A model generated the notes under the pieces. The model searched no databases. It saw nothing but the letters and a program-made list of their open reading frames with translations, and was not told the DNA's origin. Made by a program: the position numbers and the translations under genes. 64,000 nucleotides of DNA, taken from an uncultured Acidobacteriota bacterium. Lineage in GTDB: Bacteria; Acidobacteriota; Thermoanaerobaculia; UBA5066; Gp7-AA6. The stretch covers positions 448,001 to 512,000 of the forward strand of contig CAVXTP010000022.1 of assembly GCA_963764715.1 (NCBI GenBank), given 5' to 3'. Shown here in pieces: positions 42,757 to 52,632 of this stretch. Every line of letters starts with the position of its first letter. Within the stretch, counting starts at the first letter, position 1.

Positions 42757-43350
42757 CGGGCCCCCAGCTTGCGTTCCGTCCCGGAGGCGAGCCGCCCGAG
42801 GTTGTCTCGATGCTTCAGGACGACGAGCACCGCCGTGGCGGCGGCCGCGAGGACGACCGGGCGGGGGGCATGGAACGACCAGCCCGGCGATCGGGGGCAG
42901 GAGGACGATCGCGACGACCGAGCCGAGCGAGACGTAACGGGTGACGGCGACGACGAGTACGAAGATCCCGACGCACACGAGCGTCGGCCACGGCGCCAGC
43001 ACGAGGAACGCGCCGACGGCCGTCGCGACGCCCTTCCCGCCGCGAAAGCCGTAGAAGAGGGGGAACACGTGCCCGAGCACGGCCGCGAAGGCCGCCGCCG
43101 CGGCGTAGCGCGGGTCCGCCGTCGCCAGACGCACGAGGACGACCGCGAGGGCTCCCTTGGCGATGTCGAGCGCGGCCACGGCGAGCCCGAGGCCCTTGCC
43201 GTGGGCCCGGAGGACGTTGGTCGCACCGGCGTTTCCGGAGCCCTCGGTGCGGATGTCCTTGCCGGTCGAAAGGCGCACGAGGAGGACCGCGAACGCCACC
43301 GACCCGAGCAGGTAGGCGACTCCGACGAGCGCCGCCGCGGCCGGGTTCAT
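42753..43350 (-). CDS. plsY: Glycerol-3-phosphate acyltransferase (one +1 frameshift near 42880)
   Basis: YLLGS, GSGNAGATNVLR, DIAKG, GHVFP, GGKGVAT, YVSLGS, KHRDNL...GTE. Confidence 0.9.
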
Positions 43351-43935
43351 GCGCCTACCGCCTGGCGCGCGCCGGCGAAGACGAGCGTCCGGAGCGGCGT
43401 GTGGACCGCGCCCGACGGCTCGAGCCGGCTCTCGTACAGCACGCAGGAGCGCGCGTCCCAGGGGGGCAGCTCCCACCCGTCCGACGTCGCGCCGGAACTC
43501 CTCGACGGCCGTCGCGGTCCACGGATCGCGCAGCCGGGCGAGGGTCAGGTGAGGATGGAAGGAGCGGCCTTCCCCGGCGAGGCCGGCCCGCCGGGCCGCC
43601 GCTTCGACGGCCGCCGCGAAGGACTCGAGCGCCGCGACACCGTCCGAGGGAAGGAAGCCGAGCCCGAGAACGCGGGGCCGCCCGCGCGGAGGGAAGACGA
43701 CCGCGCCGCCCTTCTCGAGTCGCATCGCGCCGGCTCCCCCGGCGATCGACGCGAGATCGTCGGCGAGGCGTTCCGCGGCCGCGGCCTCGATCTCGCCCAG
43801 GAACTTCAGGGTGAGGTGCCAGGCTTCCGGGCGGGTCCACGACGCTCTCGGCAGGGAGCCTCGCAGCCGTACCGCGAGCCGGCCGGCGCCCTCGACCCAC
43901 GCGGGGTCGGGCGGCACGGCCAGAAACGCCCTCAC
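43347..43935 (-). CDS. thpR: RNA 2',3'-cyclic phosphodiesterase / 2'-5' RNA ligase (one +1 frameshift near 43478)
   Basis: RAFLA, WHLTLKFLG, HPHLTLAR (two HxT motifs), LYESRL...GAVH. Confidence 0.88.
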
Positions 43936-45200
43936 CGGCCGGCCTCGCCGCCGACGAGGCGCCGGCGCAGGAGCTCGAGCGCGTGGATCGCCGCGGCGCG
44001 GCGGATGACGAGCCGGTCGCCGCCGAAGAGCCGCTTCTTTGCGGTCTCCGCTCCGCCGCGCTCGGCGAGGGCGAAGAACACGGTCCCGACCGGCTTTTCC
44101 GCGGACCCCCCGTCGGGCCCGGCGATCCCGGTAATCGCCACGGCGAAGTCCGAGCCGAACCGCTCGAGCGTGCCGCGCGCCATCTCGGCGGCCGATTCGG
44201 CCGACACGGCGCCGTGCGCGCGCAGCGTCTCCGCCGAGACCCCGAGGAGCTGCCGCTTCGCCTCGTCGGCATAGGACACGACCGATCCCAGAAAGTAGGC
44301 GCTCGAGCCCGGCACGTCGGTGAGCATGGACGACGCCAGGCCGCCCGTGCAGGACTCGGCGAAGGCGATCGTCCGGGAGGACTCGCGCAGCAGGCGCCCG
44401 ACGACGGCCGCGAGATCGTCCGCGTCGGCGCCGAAGATGCGGTCGCCGAGGATCGCCCGGAAGTCCTTCTCCATCGCCGAGAGCCGCGCCTCGGCCATGT
44501 CGGCTTCGCCCCGCACGGCCAGATGCAGCTGCACCTCTCCCGGCGACGCGAGGATCGTGACCGGGTCGTCCTTCCACCGGGCGTACACCGGCGCGACGAG
44601 CTCCTCCACGGCCGACTCCCCCATCCCGGCGATCCGGAGCACCCGGCGGCGGCCCACGGTGCCGCCCGCGCTCTCCCGCAGTTCCGGGAGGACGCGGTTC
44701 TCGAAGATCTCCTTCATCTCCGACGGGACGCCGGGGAGGATGATGATCTCCGTCTCTCCGCGCTTCGCCCGGAACCCCGGGGCCGTGCCGTTGGGGTTCT
44801 CGAGGACTCGCGCGCCCACGATGAAGTCGGCCTGCTTCTCGTTGCAGGCGGGCATCGCGATCCCGCGGCGCTCGAAGCGCCGGCGCATGCCCGCCAGGAA
44901 TTCCTCGTTGCGCTCGAGGTCGGCGGGAAGCCAGGCCGCGACCGACGCCACGGTGACGTCGTCGGCCGTGGGCCCGAGGCCGCCGGTCGTCACGACGAGG
45001 GCCGCGGCGCGCGAGGCGCTCTCGAGCTCGTCGGCGATCAGGGCCGGGTCGTCGCCCACGATCGACTTGCGCACCACCGGGATCCCGATCTCCTCGAGGC
45101 GCGCCGAAAGCCAGAGGGAGTTGGTGTCCTGGCGCAGGGGCCCCAGCATCTCGCTGCCGATCGCGATGATCGCGGCCGAGGACGGGCGGCTCGAGGTCAC
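43932..45200 (-). CDS. cinA: Competence/damage-inducible protein A (MCF domain + NMN deamidase)
   Basis: IGSEML, DTNS, TGGLGPTADD, GTAPG, LPGVPSEM, AESCTGG, GSSAYF, GAVS, ITGIAGP, KPVGTV. Confidence 0.93.
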   Translation of the reverse strand: MTSSRPSSAAIIAIGSEMLGPLRQDTNSLWLSARLEEIGIPVVRKSIVGDDPALIADELESASRAAALVVTTGGLGPTADDVTVASVAAWLPADLERNEEFLAGMRRRFERRGIAMPACNEKQADFIVGARVLENPNGTAPGFRAKRGETEIIILPGVPSEMKEIFENRVLPELRESAGGTVGRRRVLRIAGMGESAVEELVAPVYARWKDDPVTILASPGEVQLHLAVRGEADMAEARLSAMEKDFRAILGDRIFGADADDLAAVVGRLLRESSRTIAFAESCTGGLASSMLTDVPGSSAYFLGSVVSYADEAKRQLLGVSAETLRAHGAVSAESAAEMARGTLERFGSDFAVAITGIAGPDGGSAEKPVGTVFFALAERGGAETAKKRLFGGDRLVIRRAAAIHALELLRRRLVGGEAGR

Positions 45201-47171
45201 GATTCGCGCGGCACGGCCTTCTCGGACTCTTCCGAGAGGCGGGCCCACTCCTCGACCAGGCCGTCGAGCTCGGCCTTGAGACCCGACTTCTTCGTCGCGA
45301 GCTCGTGCGCGGCGACGGGGCCGAGGGTCAAAGCCTCCTCCCAGAGCCGCGTCTCGAGGGATTCGATCTCCGTCTCGAGCGACTCGATCTTCTCCTCCAG
45401 CGTGCGGATGCGCCGCCGGCGGCGGGCGGACTCCTTGTCTTCGGAGCTCTCGGCCTTCCGGACCGGGCGCGGCGCGGGCTTTGCCGGCGCGGGCTCGACC
45501 GGTCGCGGAGGCGACCCCGGCTCGACCCGCGTCGAAGCGGCCGGCCCCGGCGAGGGCTCCGGATACTTGCGGCGCTCCGCCCGGGCCTCGGCCGTTTCCG
45601 TGTAGTTGCCCGGATAGAGGCGCGCCCGGCCCTCCCGCAGGTCGATGACCCGGGTCGCGAGGCGGTCGATGAACGCGCGGTCGTGCGAGACGAACACGAT
45701 CGACCCCGGAAACTCCTCGAGGGACTCCTCGAGGGCCTCCCGCGAGTCGAGGTCGAGATGGTTGGTCGGCTCGTCGAGGAGCAGCAGGTTGTGCCGCTGC
45801 TGCATGACGACGGCGAGCGTCAGGCGGCCCTTCTCGCCGCCGGAGAGCCCCGCGATCGGGAGGAAGACGTCGTCGCCCGCGGAAGGCGAAGCGCGCGAGG
45901 TAGGAGCGCATGGCGCCCTCGGTCTCGGACGGCCGGCCGTCCCAGACGGCGTCGATCGCCCGGCCCCGGGGATCGAGGTCCGAGAGCTCCTGGTCGTAGT
46001 AGCCGATCGACACGTCGTGCCCCGTCGTGGCCGAGCCGGCGAGGGCAGGCAGGCGGCCGGCGAGCGTCTTCAGCAGCGTCGTCTTCCCCGTCCCGTTCTC
46101 GCCCAGGATCGCCAGGCGCTCGCCGCGAAGCAGCTCGAAGCCGACGTCCCGCACGATCGGTTCGCCCGCAGCGTAGCCCACGTCGAGGTGGTTGCGCCCG
46201 CAGGAAGCTGCGGCCGCCGATGCGGGCCGCGTCGAACCGGAAGCTCACGGCCGTCGTGTCCTCGGTCGGCTTCTCCAGCCGCTCGACCCGCGCGAGCTTG
46301 GTGCGGCGGCCCTTGGCCTGGCGGGAGTTCTGCGCCGGCGATGTTCCGGCGGATGTACTCCTGCTCCTTGTCGATGAAGTCCTGCTGCTTGTCGAAGGCC
46401 CGCGTCGCCGTCAGGATCCGCTCGGCCTTCTGCCTCCGGTAGGAGGTGTAGCCGCCGGAGTAGGACGACAGCCTCCCGTTCTCGAGGTCGATGATCTCCT
46501 CGGCGACCCGATCGAGAAACCGGCGGTCGTGGGTCACGACGAGATAGGCCCGCCGCGACTTCGCCAGGTACTCCTCGAGGAACTCGACGGCCTGGAAGTC
46601 GAGGTGGTTCGTCGGCTCGTCGAGCAGCAGCACGTCCGGCGACGAGAGGATCGCGCGCGCGAGCATCGCCCGGTTCTTCTGGCCGCCCGAGAGCTCGGCG
46701 AGCGGACGCTCGAAGTCCGTCTTGTCGAACCCGAGGCCCGACAGGGTCTTGTCGACCTCGGCGACCATGTCGTAGCCGCCCTCGTTCTCGAAGCGGTGCG
46801 TCAGGCGCGTCGTAGCGGTCGTGGAGCGCGACGGAGGCGTCGCCCTCGGCCATGCGGTGCTCCATCGAGCGCAGCTCCGCCTCGATCGCGTGGAGGTGGG
46901 CGAAGGCGCTCGCCGCGAAGTCGTGGAGCCGCTCGGCGAGGTCCGCCTCCAGGGCCTGGTCCACCGTCGCGATCCGCACGGCGTTGGCCTTGACGAACTC
47001 CCCCGCGTCCGGTTCCTCGCGACCGAGGGCGATCCGCAGGAGCGTGGTCTTGCCGGCCCCGTTGCGGCCCACGAGGCCGACCTTCTGCCCGGGGTTGTGC
47101 TGCCAGCTGACGTCCCGGAGGACCTCCTTCGGGCCGTAGCTCTTGCGCACGTGATCGAACCGGTACAGCAC
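45197..47171 (-). CDS. ABC-F family ATPase (four +1 frameshifts)
   Basis: Two Walker A motifs (GRNGAGKT, GENGTGKT), LSGG twice, LLLDEPTNHLD twice, coiled-coil tail; 1975 nt minus 4 gives 657 codons. Confidence 0.88.
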
Positions 47172-47191
47172 GGGCGGATTGTATCGGGAGA

Positions 47192-48352
47192 CTAGAACCG
47201 GGCCCGATTCGCGTCGTACGTCCGGCCGCGCCAGTGGACCTCGCGGTGCAGGAAGCGGCGCGCGAGGGACCGCACGGTGATTCCCGCCCAGACGGCCGCG
47301 GTGATCGGCTGGGTCACCGCCGTCCAGGCCGGGTAGCGCAGGTAGGCGCCCATCGCCAGGCGCGCGACGACCGTCAACCCGAAGGCCGTCGCGGCGAGGG
47401 CGACGTCCCGGGAGGGAATGCGCACGCCGACCGCGGCGACCCCGAGGACGACCGCCGGGAGCGTCCACGCCAGGAATGTGAAGAAGGTCGACACGGCGAG
47501 AAACACGCCCATGGCGCCTTCGAAGACGCAGGCCATGTTCTTCGTGAAGCCGTCGACGACCTCGCGGAAGCCGCGGTACATGCGGAGGCGGACGCGATGG
47601 TCGGCCATCGCCATTCGGCAGCGGCCCCCGGCGCGGCGAACGCGGATCGCGAGCCCGATGTCGTCGATGACCGACTGCTTGAGCGCCTCGTGGCCGCCCG
47701 CCGCCCGGTAGGCCGAGGCGCGGACGAGCATTCCGGCGCCGCCCCCCGCCGCGTACCGCTTCTGGAGGTCCGAGTTGACCCAGAAGGCCGGACCGAAGAA
47801 GTAGGACACCGCGAGGTAGGGCATCAGCGCGTTCTCCCAGAAGCCCCGCATCTCGACGCGCGGGAAGAGCGCGAGGAAGTCGATGCGCTTGCGCTCGAGC
47901 ATCGCGATCGCTTCGGAGAGGGCGGGCGGGTCGTAGTGGACGTCGGCGTCGGCGAACAGGATGACGTCCCCCGTGGCGCGGGACGCCCCCTGGAACAGGG
48001 CGTGGGGCTTCCCCAGCCAGCCCTCGGGCGGCTCGACGCCCGGGACGACGGTCAGGCGCAGGTTCTCGGCCTCCAGCCGCGCGAGGATCCCGGCCGTGCC
48101 GTCCGTCGAGCGGTCGTCGACGACGATCACCTCGAACGACGGGTAGTCCTGGGCGAGGTGCGAGCGGACGGCCGCCTCGATGTCCGCGGCCTCGTTGCGC
48201 GCCGGGACGACGATCGAGACGCGCGGCGCTCCCGGGGGGAAACCGCCGGCGGGCGCGAGCCGACGGATCGCGAGGACGTTGATCGCCAGGAAGACGAGCG
48301 AGATGGCCGCGAGGGCGGCCGACGCGACGAGCGCCCCGTGGACGAAGCCTAC
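47192..48352 (-). CDS. GT2 family glycosyltransferase; start codon unresolved
   Basis: PRVSIVVPARNEA (upstream of the called ORF start, same frame), VDDRSTDGT, GWLGKP, FADAD, IDD, RMY, WRGR. Confidence 0.85.
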   Translation of the reverse strand, partial: VGFVHGALVASAALAAISLVFLAINVLAIRRLAPAGGFPPGAPRVSIVVPARNEAADIEAAVRSHLAQDYPSFEVIVVDDRSTDGTAGILARLEAENLRLTVVPGVEPPEGWLGKPHALFQGASRATGDVILFADADVHYDPPALSEAIAMLERKRIDFLALFPRVEMRGFWENALMPYLAVSYFFGPAFWVNSDLQKRYAAGGGAGMLVRASAYRAAGGHEALKQSVIDDIGLAIRVRRAGGRCRMAMADHRVRLRMYRGFREVVDGFTKNMACVFEGAMGVFLAVSTFFTFLAWTLPAVVLGVAAVGVRIPSRDVALAATAFGLTVVARLAMGAYLRYPAWTAVTQPITAAVWAGITVRSLARRFLHREVHWRGRTYDANRARF

Positions 48353-49044
48353 GACAGCGGGACCTTCTGCCGGGCGTCGGCGCGGTAGGGCGAGTTCGGG
48401 TAGTCGGTGATCAGCCGCTGGTACGTGGCGCGGGCGTCGGCGGCGGCGCCGCTCGCCTCGTAGATCTGGGCGAGCGTGAAGAGCAGCGCGTCCTTGGGGG
48501 CGGCGGTCGACGCGGAGTCGATGGCCCGCTTCAGCCGGTCGACGGCCTCGGTCGTTTTGCCGTCGGCCGCGAGGAGCTTCGCCGCGTCGATTTCCGCGGC
48601 GGCCGCGGCCTCGGAGCGCCCCTTGCGGGCCGCGTTCTCGAAGGACTGCACCGCCTCGGCGGGCTTCTGCGAGCCGGCGGCCGCGAGGATCACCTGCGCC
48701 GCACGGCCCGACGGCGTCGAGCCGCGGGCCGCCGCCTTGCGCAGGAAGGGCTCGGCCTCCGCCTGGCGCGCCGCGGCGTTCGGATACGTCTTGGCGGCGC
48801 TCGGCTGCTCGGTCACGAGCGGCGTCGAGAGGATGGCGAGGGCCTCGGAAAGGTTCCGGCCGGCCGAGCGGTCCGCCCAGGCGCGGTAGGCGAAGAACGC
48901 GGCCACCAGGACGGCGAGCCCCACGGCGATCGCCACGGACTCGGCGACGCCCTTCTTGTGCCCGCTGACGTAGTCGACCGTCTTGCCGACGGTCTCGGCG
49001 AGCTCGTTGCGCTTCATGTCCCGGCGGGTGATCCTCTGCGTCAT
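48349..49044 (-). CDS. Membrane-anchored TPR protein (YfgM-like)
   Basis: RRDMKRNE N-terminus, single TM helix, TPR helices ending YQRLITDYPNSPY. Confidence 0.75.
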   Translation of the reverse strand: MTQRITRRDMKRNELAETVGKTVDYVSGHKKGVAESVAIAVGLAVLVAAFFAYRAWADRSAGRNLSEALAILSTPLVTEQPSAAKTYPNAAARQAEAEPFLRKAAARGSTPSGRAAQVILAAAGSQKPAEAVQSFENAARKGRSEAAAAAEIDAAKLLAADGKTTEAVDRLKRAIDSASTAAPKDALLFTLAQIYEASGAAADARATYQRLITDYPNSPYRADARQKVPLS

Positions 49045-49124
49045 GTCGGCCTGCTCTCCGAAAAACGGGGCATTATGTCCGAGCCGGCGAGGCCCGTCAA
49101 TCGCGGCGCTATACTCGATCGGGC

Positions 49125-49718
49125 ATGGGCATGGACGAGATCAAGATCACCGGCGAGCCGTCGCGCGCCGGAGACCGTTGCGCGTTCACCGTCGACCGGC
49201 CCCTGCTCCCCGGGGACTCGGCGCACTTCGCGGGGCCGGGCGAGTCCCGCCACTCCCCTCTCGCCGCGGAGCTGCTGGCCATCCCCGGCGTCGAGGGGGT
49301 GCTCTTGGCCGACAACACCGTGACGGTGTCCTCGGCCCACCCGGTCGACTGGCCGGCCCTCGGCATCGGAAACGTCATCCGCAGGCACCTCCGGACCGGG
49401 GCGCCGGTCGTCTCGCCGGCGTACTTCGAAGAGCTCCCGTCGGAAGGCGACCTGAAGTGGGCGATCCGCGACCTGCTCGACCGCGAGATCAATCCGGCCG
49501 TCGGGCAGCACGGCGGGTTCGTCGAGCTGATCGACGTCCGGAAGAACAACGTGTACCTGCGCCTGGGCGGCGGGTGCCAGGGCTGCGGCGCCGCCGACGT
49601 CACGCTGAAGCAGGGCATCGAGAAGGCGATCCGGGGTCTCGCGCCCACGATCGGCGAGGTCCTCGACACGACCGACCACGCCGCCGGCCGCAACCCCTTC
49701 TACGCCCCGGCCAAGTGA
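49125..49718 (+). CDS. NifU/NfuA-type Fe-S carrier (Nfu_N + NifU-C)
   Basis: SPLAAELLAIPGV; INPAVGQHGG, GGGCQGC, TLKQGIE, DTTDH...NPFY. Confidence 0.88.
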   Translation: MGMDEIKITGEPSRAGDRCAFTVDRPLLPGDSAHFAGPGESRHSPLAAELLAIPGVEGVLLADNTVTVSSAHPVDWPALGIGNVIRRHLRTGAPVVSPAYFEELPSEGDLKWAIRDLLDREINPAVGQHGGFVELIDVRKNNVYLRLGGGCQGCGAADVTLKQGIEKAIRGLAPTIGEVLDTTDHAAGRNPFYAPAK

Positions 49719-49736
49719 CGCCGGCGCGCTCGCGCG

Positions 49737-50969
49737 TCAACCCACTCGAAACGTGAGCCGGCGGTGCGCCTCGCGCAGGGCCGCCTCTGCCTGGGCGGGG
49801 CCCGCGCACCGCGCGAAGATGAATCCCGGGTAGCGGGAGCCCTCGGGCCAGGCAACGAGCCTTTCCCCGGGGTGGGCGGAGATCGTGACCTCTTCGATGC
49901 CGTCGACTGCGCGCGCGGCGTCGAGGCCCTCGACCTCCTCGAGCACTCCTTCCCGCGGCACCGGGATCATCATCACGCCCGCGGCCCGTCCGTCGAGGCT
50001 CCCCTCCGGTCGTTCGAGGCCGAGGGCCTGCCGGAGGACGAGCTCCTCGAGCGACATCCCGGTCCCGAACCGCAGCGTCCTCGAGCAGAGCCCGCCGATC
50101 GAGCGGGCCGCGAGCTCGATGATCCAGGCGCCGCGGGCGTTCCAGCGGAGCTCGGCATGGACGGGCCCGTCCGTCAGCGACAGGGCCCGCGCTCCGGCCT
50201 CCGCCGCGGCCCGGATCGACGCCTGCGCCTCCTCCGGGAGGCGGGACGGGGTCACGTAGATCGTCTCCTCGAAGAAGGGGCCGTCGAGCGGATCGGGCTT
50301 GTCGAAGAGCGCCAGCGTCTCGAGGCGCCCGCCGGCGAGCAGGCCTTCGAGCGCGACCTCGACGCCGCCGACGAAGTCCTCGACGAGGATCTCCCGCGCG
50401 GCCTGTCCCCCGCGGCGGGCGAGGTCGGGCGCCGAGAGCAGCGCCGCGATCCGCCGCCATGCCGCCTCGAATCCGGCGGGATCGTCGGCGCGGATGACGC
50501 CCCGGCTTCCCGCGAGAAACGTCGGCTTGAGCACGCACGGGTACGTCACGGACCGGGCGGCCTGGCCGGGGTCGTCGTCGAGCGTGAAGATCCGGTGCGG
50601 CGGCGAGGGCGCGCCGGCCCGCGCGAGCGCCTCGCGGAGCCTCCCCTTGTGGCGCGCGGCGGCGACGGCTTCGCGGGGGTTGTGCGGCAGCCCGAGCGCC
50701 TCGGCGATCGCGGCCGCCGCCACGACGGTGTCTTCGTCGACGCCGACGACCGCGTCGACCCGCGTCCGCCGGGCCCAGACGGCCGCCGCGAGGGCGCAGG
50801 CCTCCGGATCCCGGAAGTCGAGCGTCAGGAGACCCGCCGGGTTCAAGTGCTCGAGCGCGCTCGTCTCCTCGACGCCGACGGACACCTCGACGCCGAGCGC
50901 CTGCGCCGCCCGCATGAAGTCCGGCGTCCGGTAGCTCGTCGTCGGCAGAAGGAGAAGAACGCGCGCCAC
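49737..50969 (-). CDS. ATP-grasp protein (L-amino acid ligase-like)
   Basis: YPCVLKP...GSRGVIR, LVEDFVGG.EVALEG, GPVHAELR, IELAARSIGG. Confidence 0.85.
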   Translation of the reverse strand: MARVLLLLPTTSYRTPDFMRAAQALGVEVSVGVEETSALEHLNPAGLLTLDFRDPEACALAAAVWARRTRVDAVVGVDEDTVVAAAAIAEALGLPHNPREAVAAARHKGRLREALARAGAPSPPHRIFTLDDDPGQAARSVTYPCVLKPTFLAGSRGVIRADDPAGFEAAWRRIAALLSAPDLARRGGQAAREILVEDFVGGVEVALEGLLAGGRLETLALFDKPDPLDGPFFEETIYVTPSRLPEEAQASIRAAAEAGARALSLTDGPVHAELRWNARGAWIIELAARSIGGLCSRTLRFGTGMSLEELVLRQALGLERPEGSLDGRAAGVMMIPVPREGVLEEVEGLDAARAVDGIEEVTISAHPGERLVAWPEGSRYPGFIFARCAGPAQAEAALREAHRRLTFRVG

Positions 50970-51034
50970 CGGGCGATCCTAGCCGGATCTTGACGCCCGT
51001 GCGCGGCCACGCGCCGCACTGATACGGTCGGCCG

Positions 51035-52480
51035 GTGGGCCTCATCCTTCTGACCGGAGCGACCGGGTACGTCGGCGGACGACTCCGCGTCGAGCTCGAG
51101 CGCCGGGGCGTTCCCCTCCGCTGTTTCGCCCGGCACCCGGAGGTCCTGCGGGCCCGGGTGGCGCCGGCGACCGAGGTCGCGGGCGGGGACGCCCTCGACG
51201 CGGCGGCCGTGGGGCAGGCGCTCCGCGGAGTCGACGTCGCCTACTACCTCATCCACTCGATGGCCTCGGGCGAGGACTTCGCGGCCCGCGACCGGGAGGC
51301 GGCGCGGATCTTCGGGGCCGCGGCGGCGCAGGCGGGCGTGCGCCGGATCGTCTACCTCGGCGGGCTCGGCGAGAGCTCGGCCCCGCTCTCCGAGCACCTG
51401 CGCAGCCGCCAGGAGACGGGCGACATCCTCCGCGCCTCGGGCGTTCCGGTCGTCGAGTTCCGCGCCTCGGTCGTGCTCGGCTCGGGCAGCCTGTCGTTCG
51501 AGATGATCCGCGCCCTGGTCGAACGGCTTCCCGTGATGATCTGCCCCCGCTGGGTGGGCGTCGAGACCCAGCCGATCGCCGTCGAGGACGCGATCGCCTA
51601 TCTGGCGGACGCCATCGACCTTCCCGCCGGCGCCGAGCGCGTCTACGAGATCGGCGGCCCGGACCGCGTGACGTATGGCGACCTGATGCGCGAGTACGCC
51701 CGCCAGCGGGGCCTGCGCCGCTGGCTGATCCCGGTCCCGGTGCTCACGCCGCGTCTCTCGAGCCTCTGGCTCGGCCTGGTGACCCCGCTCTACGCCCGGG
51801 TCGGCCGCAAGCTCGTCAACAGTCTCCGGAATCCCACGATCGTTCGCGATCCGGCGGCGCGCACCGCGTTCTCCGTCCGTCCGCGCCCGACCGGAGAGGC
51901 GATCGCGCGCGCCCTGCGGAACGAGGACCGCGAGTTTGCACAGACGCGGTGGTCGGACGCCTTCTCCGCCGCCGGTCTCCGGGACGCCACGGGCCTCGAG
52001 CGGATCGGAACGCGACTCGTCGATTCGCGCGCGATCTCGGTCGCCGTCCCCGCGGAAGCGGCCTTCGCCGTCGTGCGCCGGATCGGCGGCCGGAGCGGCT
52101 GGTACTACGGGAACTGGATGTGGCGGGTGCGCGGATTCCTCGACCTGCTCGCCGGGGGCATCGGTCTGCGGCGCGGCCGGCGCGACCCCGAGAACCTCGC
52201 GCCCGGGGACGCCGTCGACTTCTGGCGCGTCGAAGGGTTCGAGCCGGACCGCCTCCTGCGGCTGAAGGCGGAGATGAAGCTGCCCGGCCGGGCCTGGCTG
52301 CAGTTCGAGACGACGCCCGAGGCGAGGGGATGCCGGATCCGGCAGACCGCGATTTTCGACGCCTCGGGGCTCGCGGGCCTCGCCTACTGGTACGCGCTCT
52401 ATCCGTTTCACCGCCTCGTTTTCGCGGGCATGCTGCGGGCGATCGCGGCGCGGGCCGCGGGCGGTACGATCGCGCCATGA
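51035..52480 (+). CDS. Atypical SDR oxidoreductase with C-terminal DUF2867 (YbjT-like)
   Basis: TGATGYVGG, YYLIHSM, IVYLGGL, SEHLRSR, GSLSFEM, IGGRSGWY, AEMKLPGRAWL. Confidence 0.88.
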   Translation: MGLILLTGATGYVGGRLRVELERRGVPLRCFARHPEVLRARVAPATEVAGGDALDAAAVGQALRGVDVAYYLIHSMASGEDFAARDREAARIFGAAAAQAGVRRIVYLGGLGESSAPLSEHLRSRQETGDILRASGVPVVEFRASVVLGSGSLSFEMIRALVERLPVMICPRWVGVETQPIAVEDAIAYLADAIDLPAGAERVYEIGGPDRVTYGDLMREYARQRGLRRWLIPVPVLTPRLSSLWLGLVTPLYARVGRKLVNSLRNPTIVRDPAARTAFSVRPRPTGEAIARALRNEDREFAQTRWSDAFSAAGLRDATGLERIGTRLVDSRAISVAVPAEAAFAVVRRIGGRSGWYYGNWMWRVRGFLDLLAGGIGLRRGRRDPENLAPGDAVDFWRVEGFEPDRLLRLKAEMKLPGRAWLQFETTPEARGCRIRQTAIFDASGLAGLAYWYALYPFHRLVFAGMLRAIAARAAGGTIAP

Positions 52481-52632
52481 AGAGGAAAACCGGGAAGGCC
52501 AGGCCGAAGGGCGGAAAGGCGAAGGGGCGGCGCGCGAAACCGATCATGCGCCACTCCAAGGAGGGCCTGCGGGAAGCTACGAGTGGAGGTCCTCGAAGTA
52601 CCCGTGGAGGTCGCGCAAAGCCTGGCGGTTGA
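52477..52632 (+). CDS. Possible small basic (Lys/Arg/Gly-rich) protein
   Basis: ATGA overlap with the SDR stop; TACGAT 6 nt upstream; MKRKTGKARPKGGKAKGRRAKP. Confidence 0.35.
   Translation: MKRKTGKARPKGGKAKGRRAKPIMRHSKEGLREATSGGPRSTRGGRAKPGG

Noticed and set aside
43932-46181. Apparent ABC-ATPase-CinA fusion
   Set aside because: Created by the +1 frameshift near 45877; cinA has its own GTG at 45200 overlapping the ABC-F stop.
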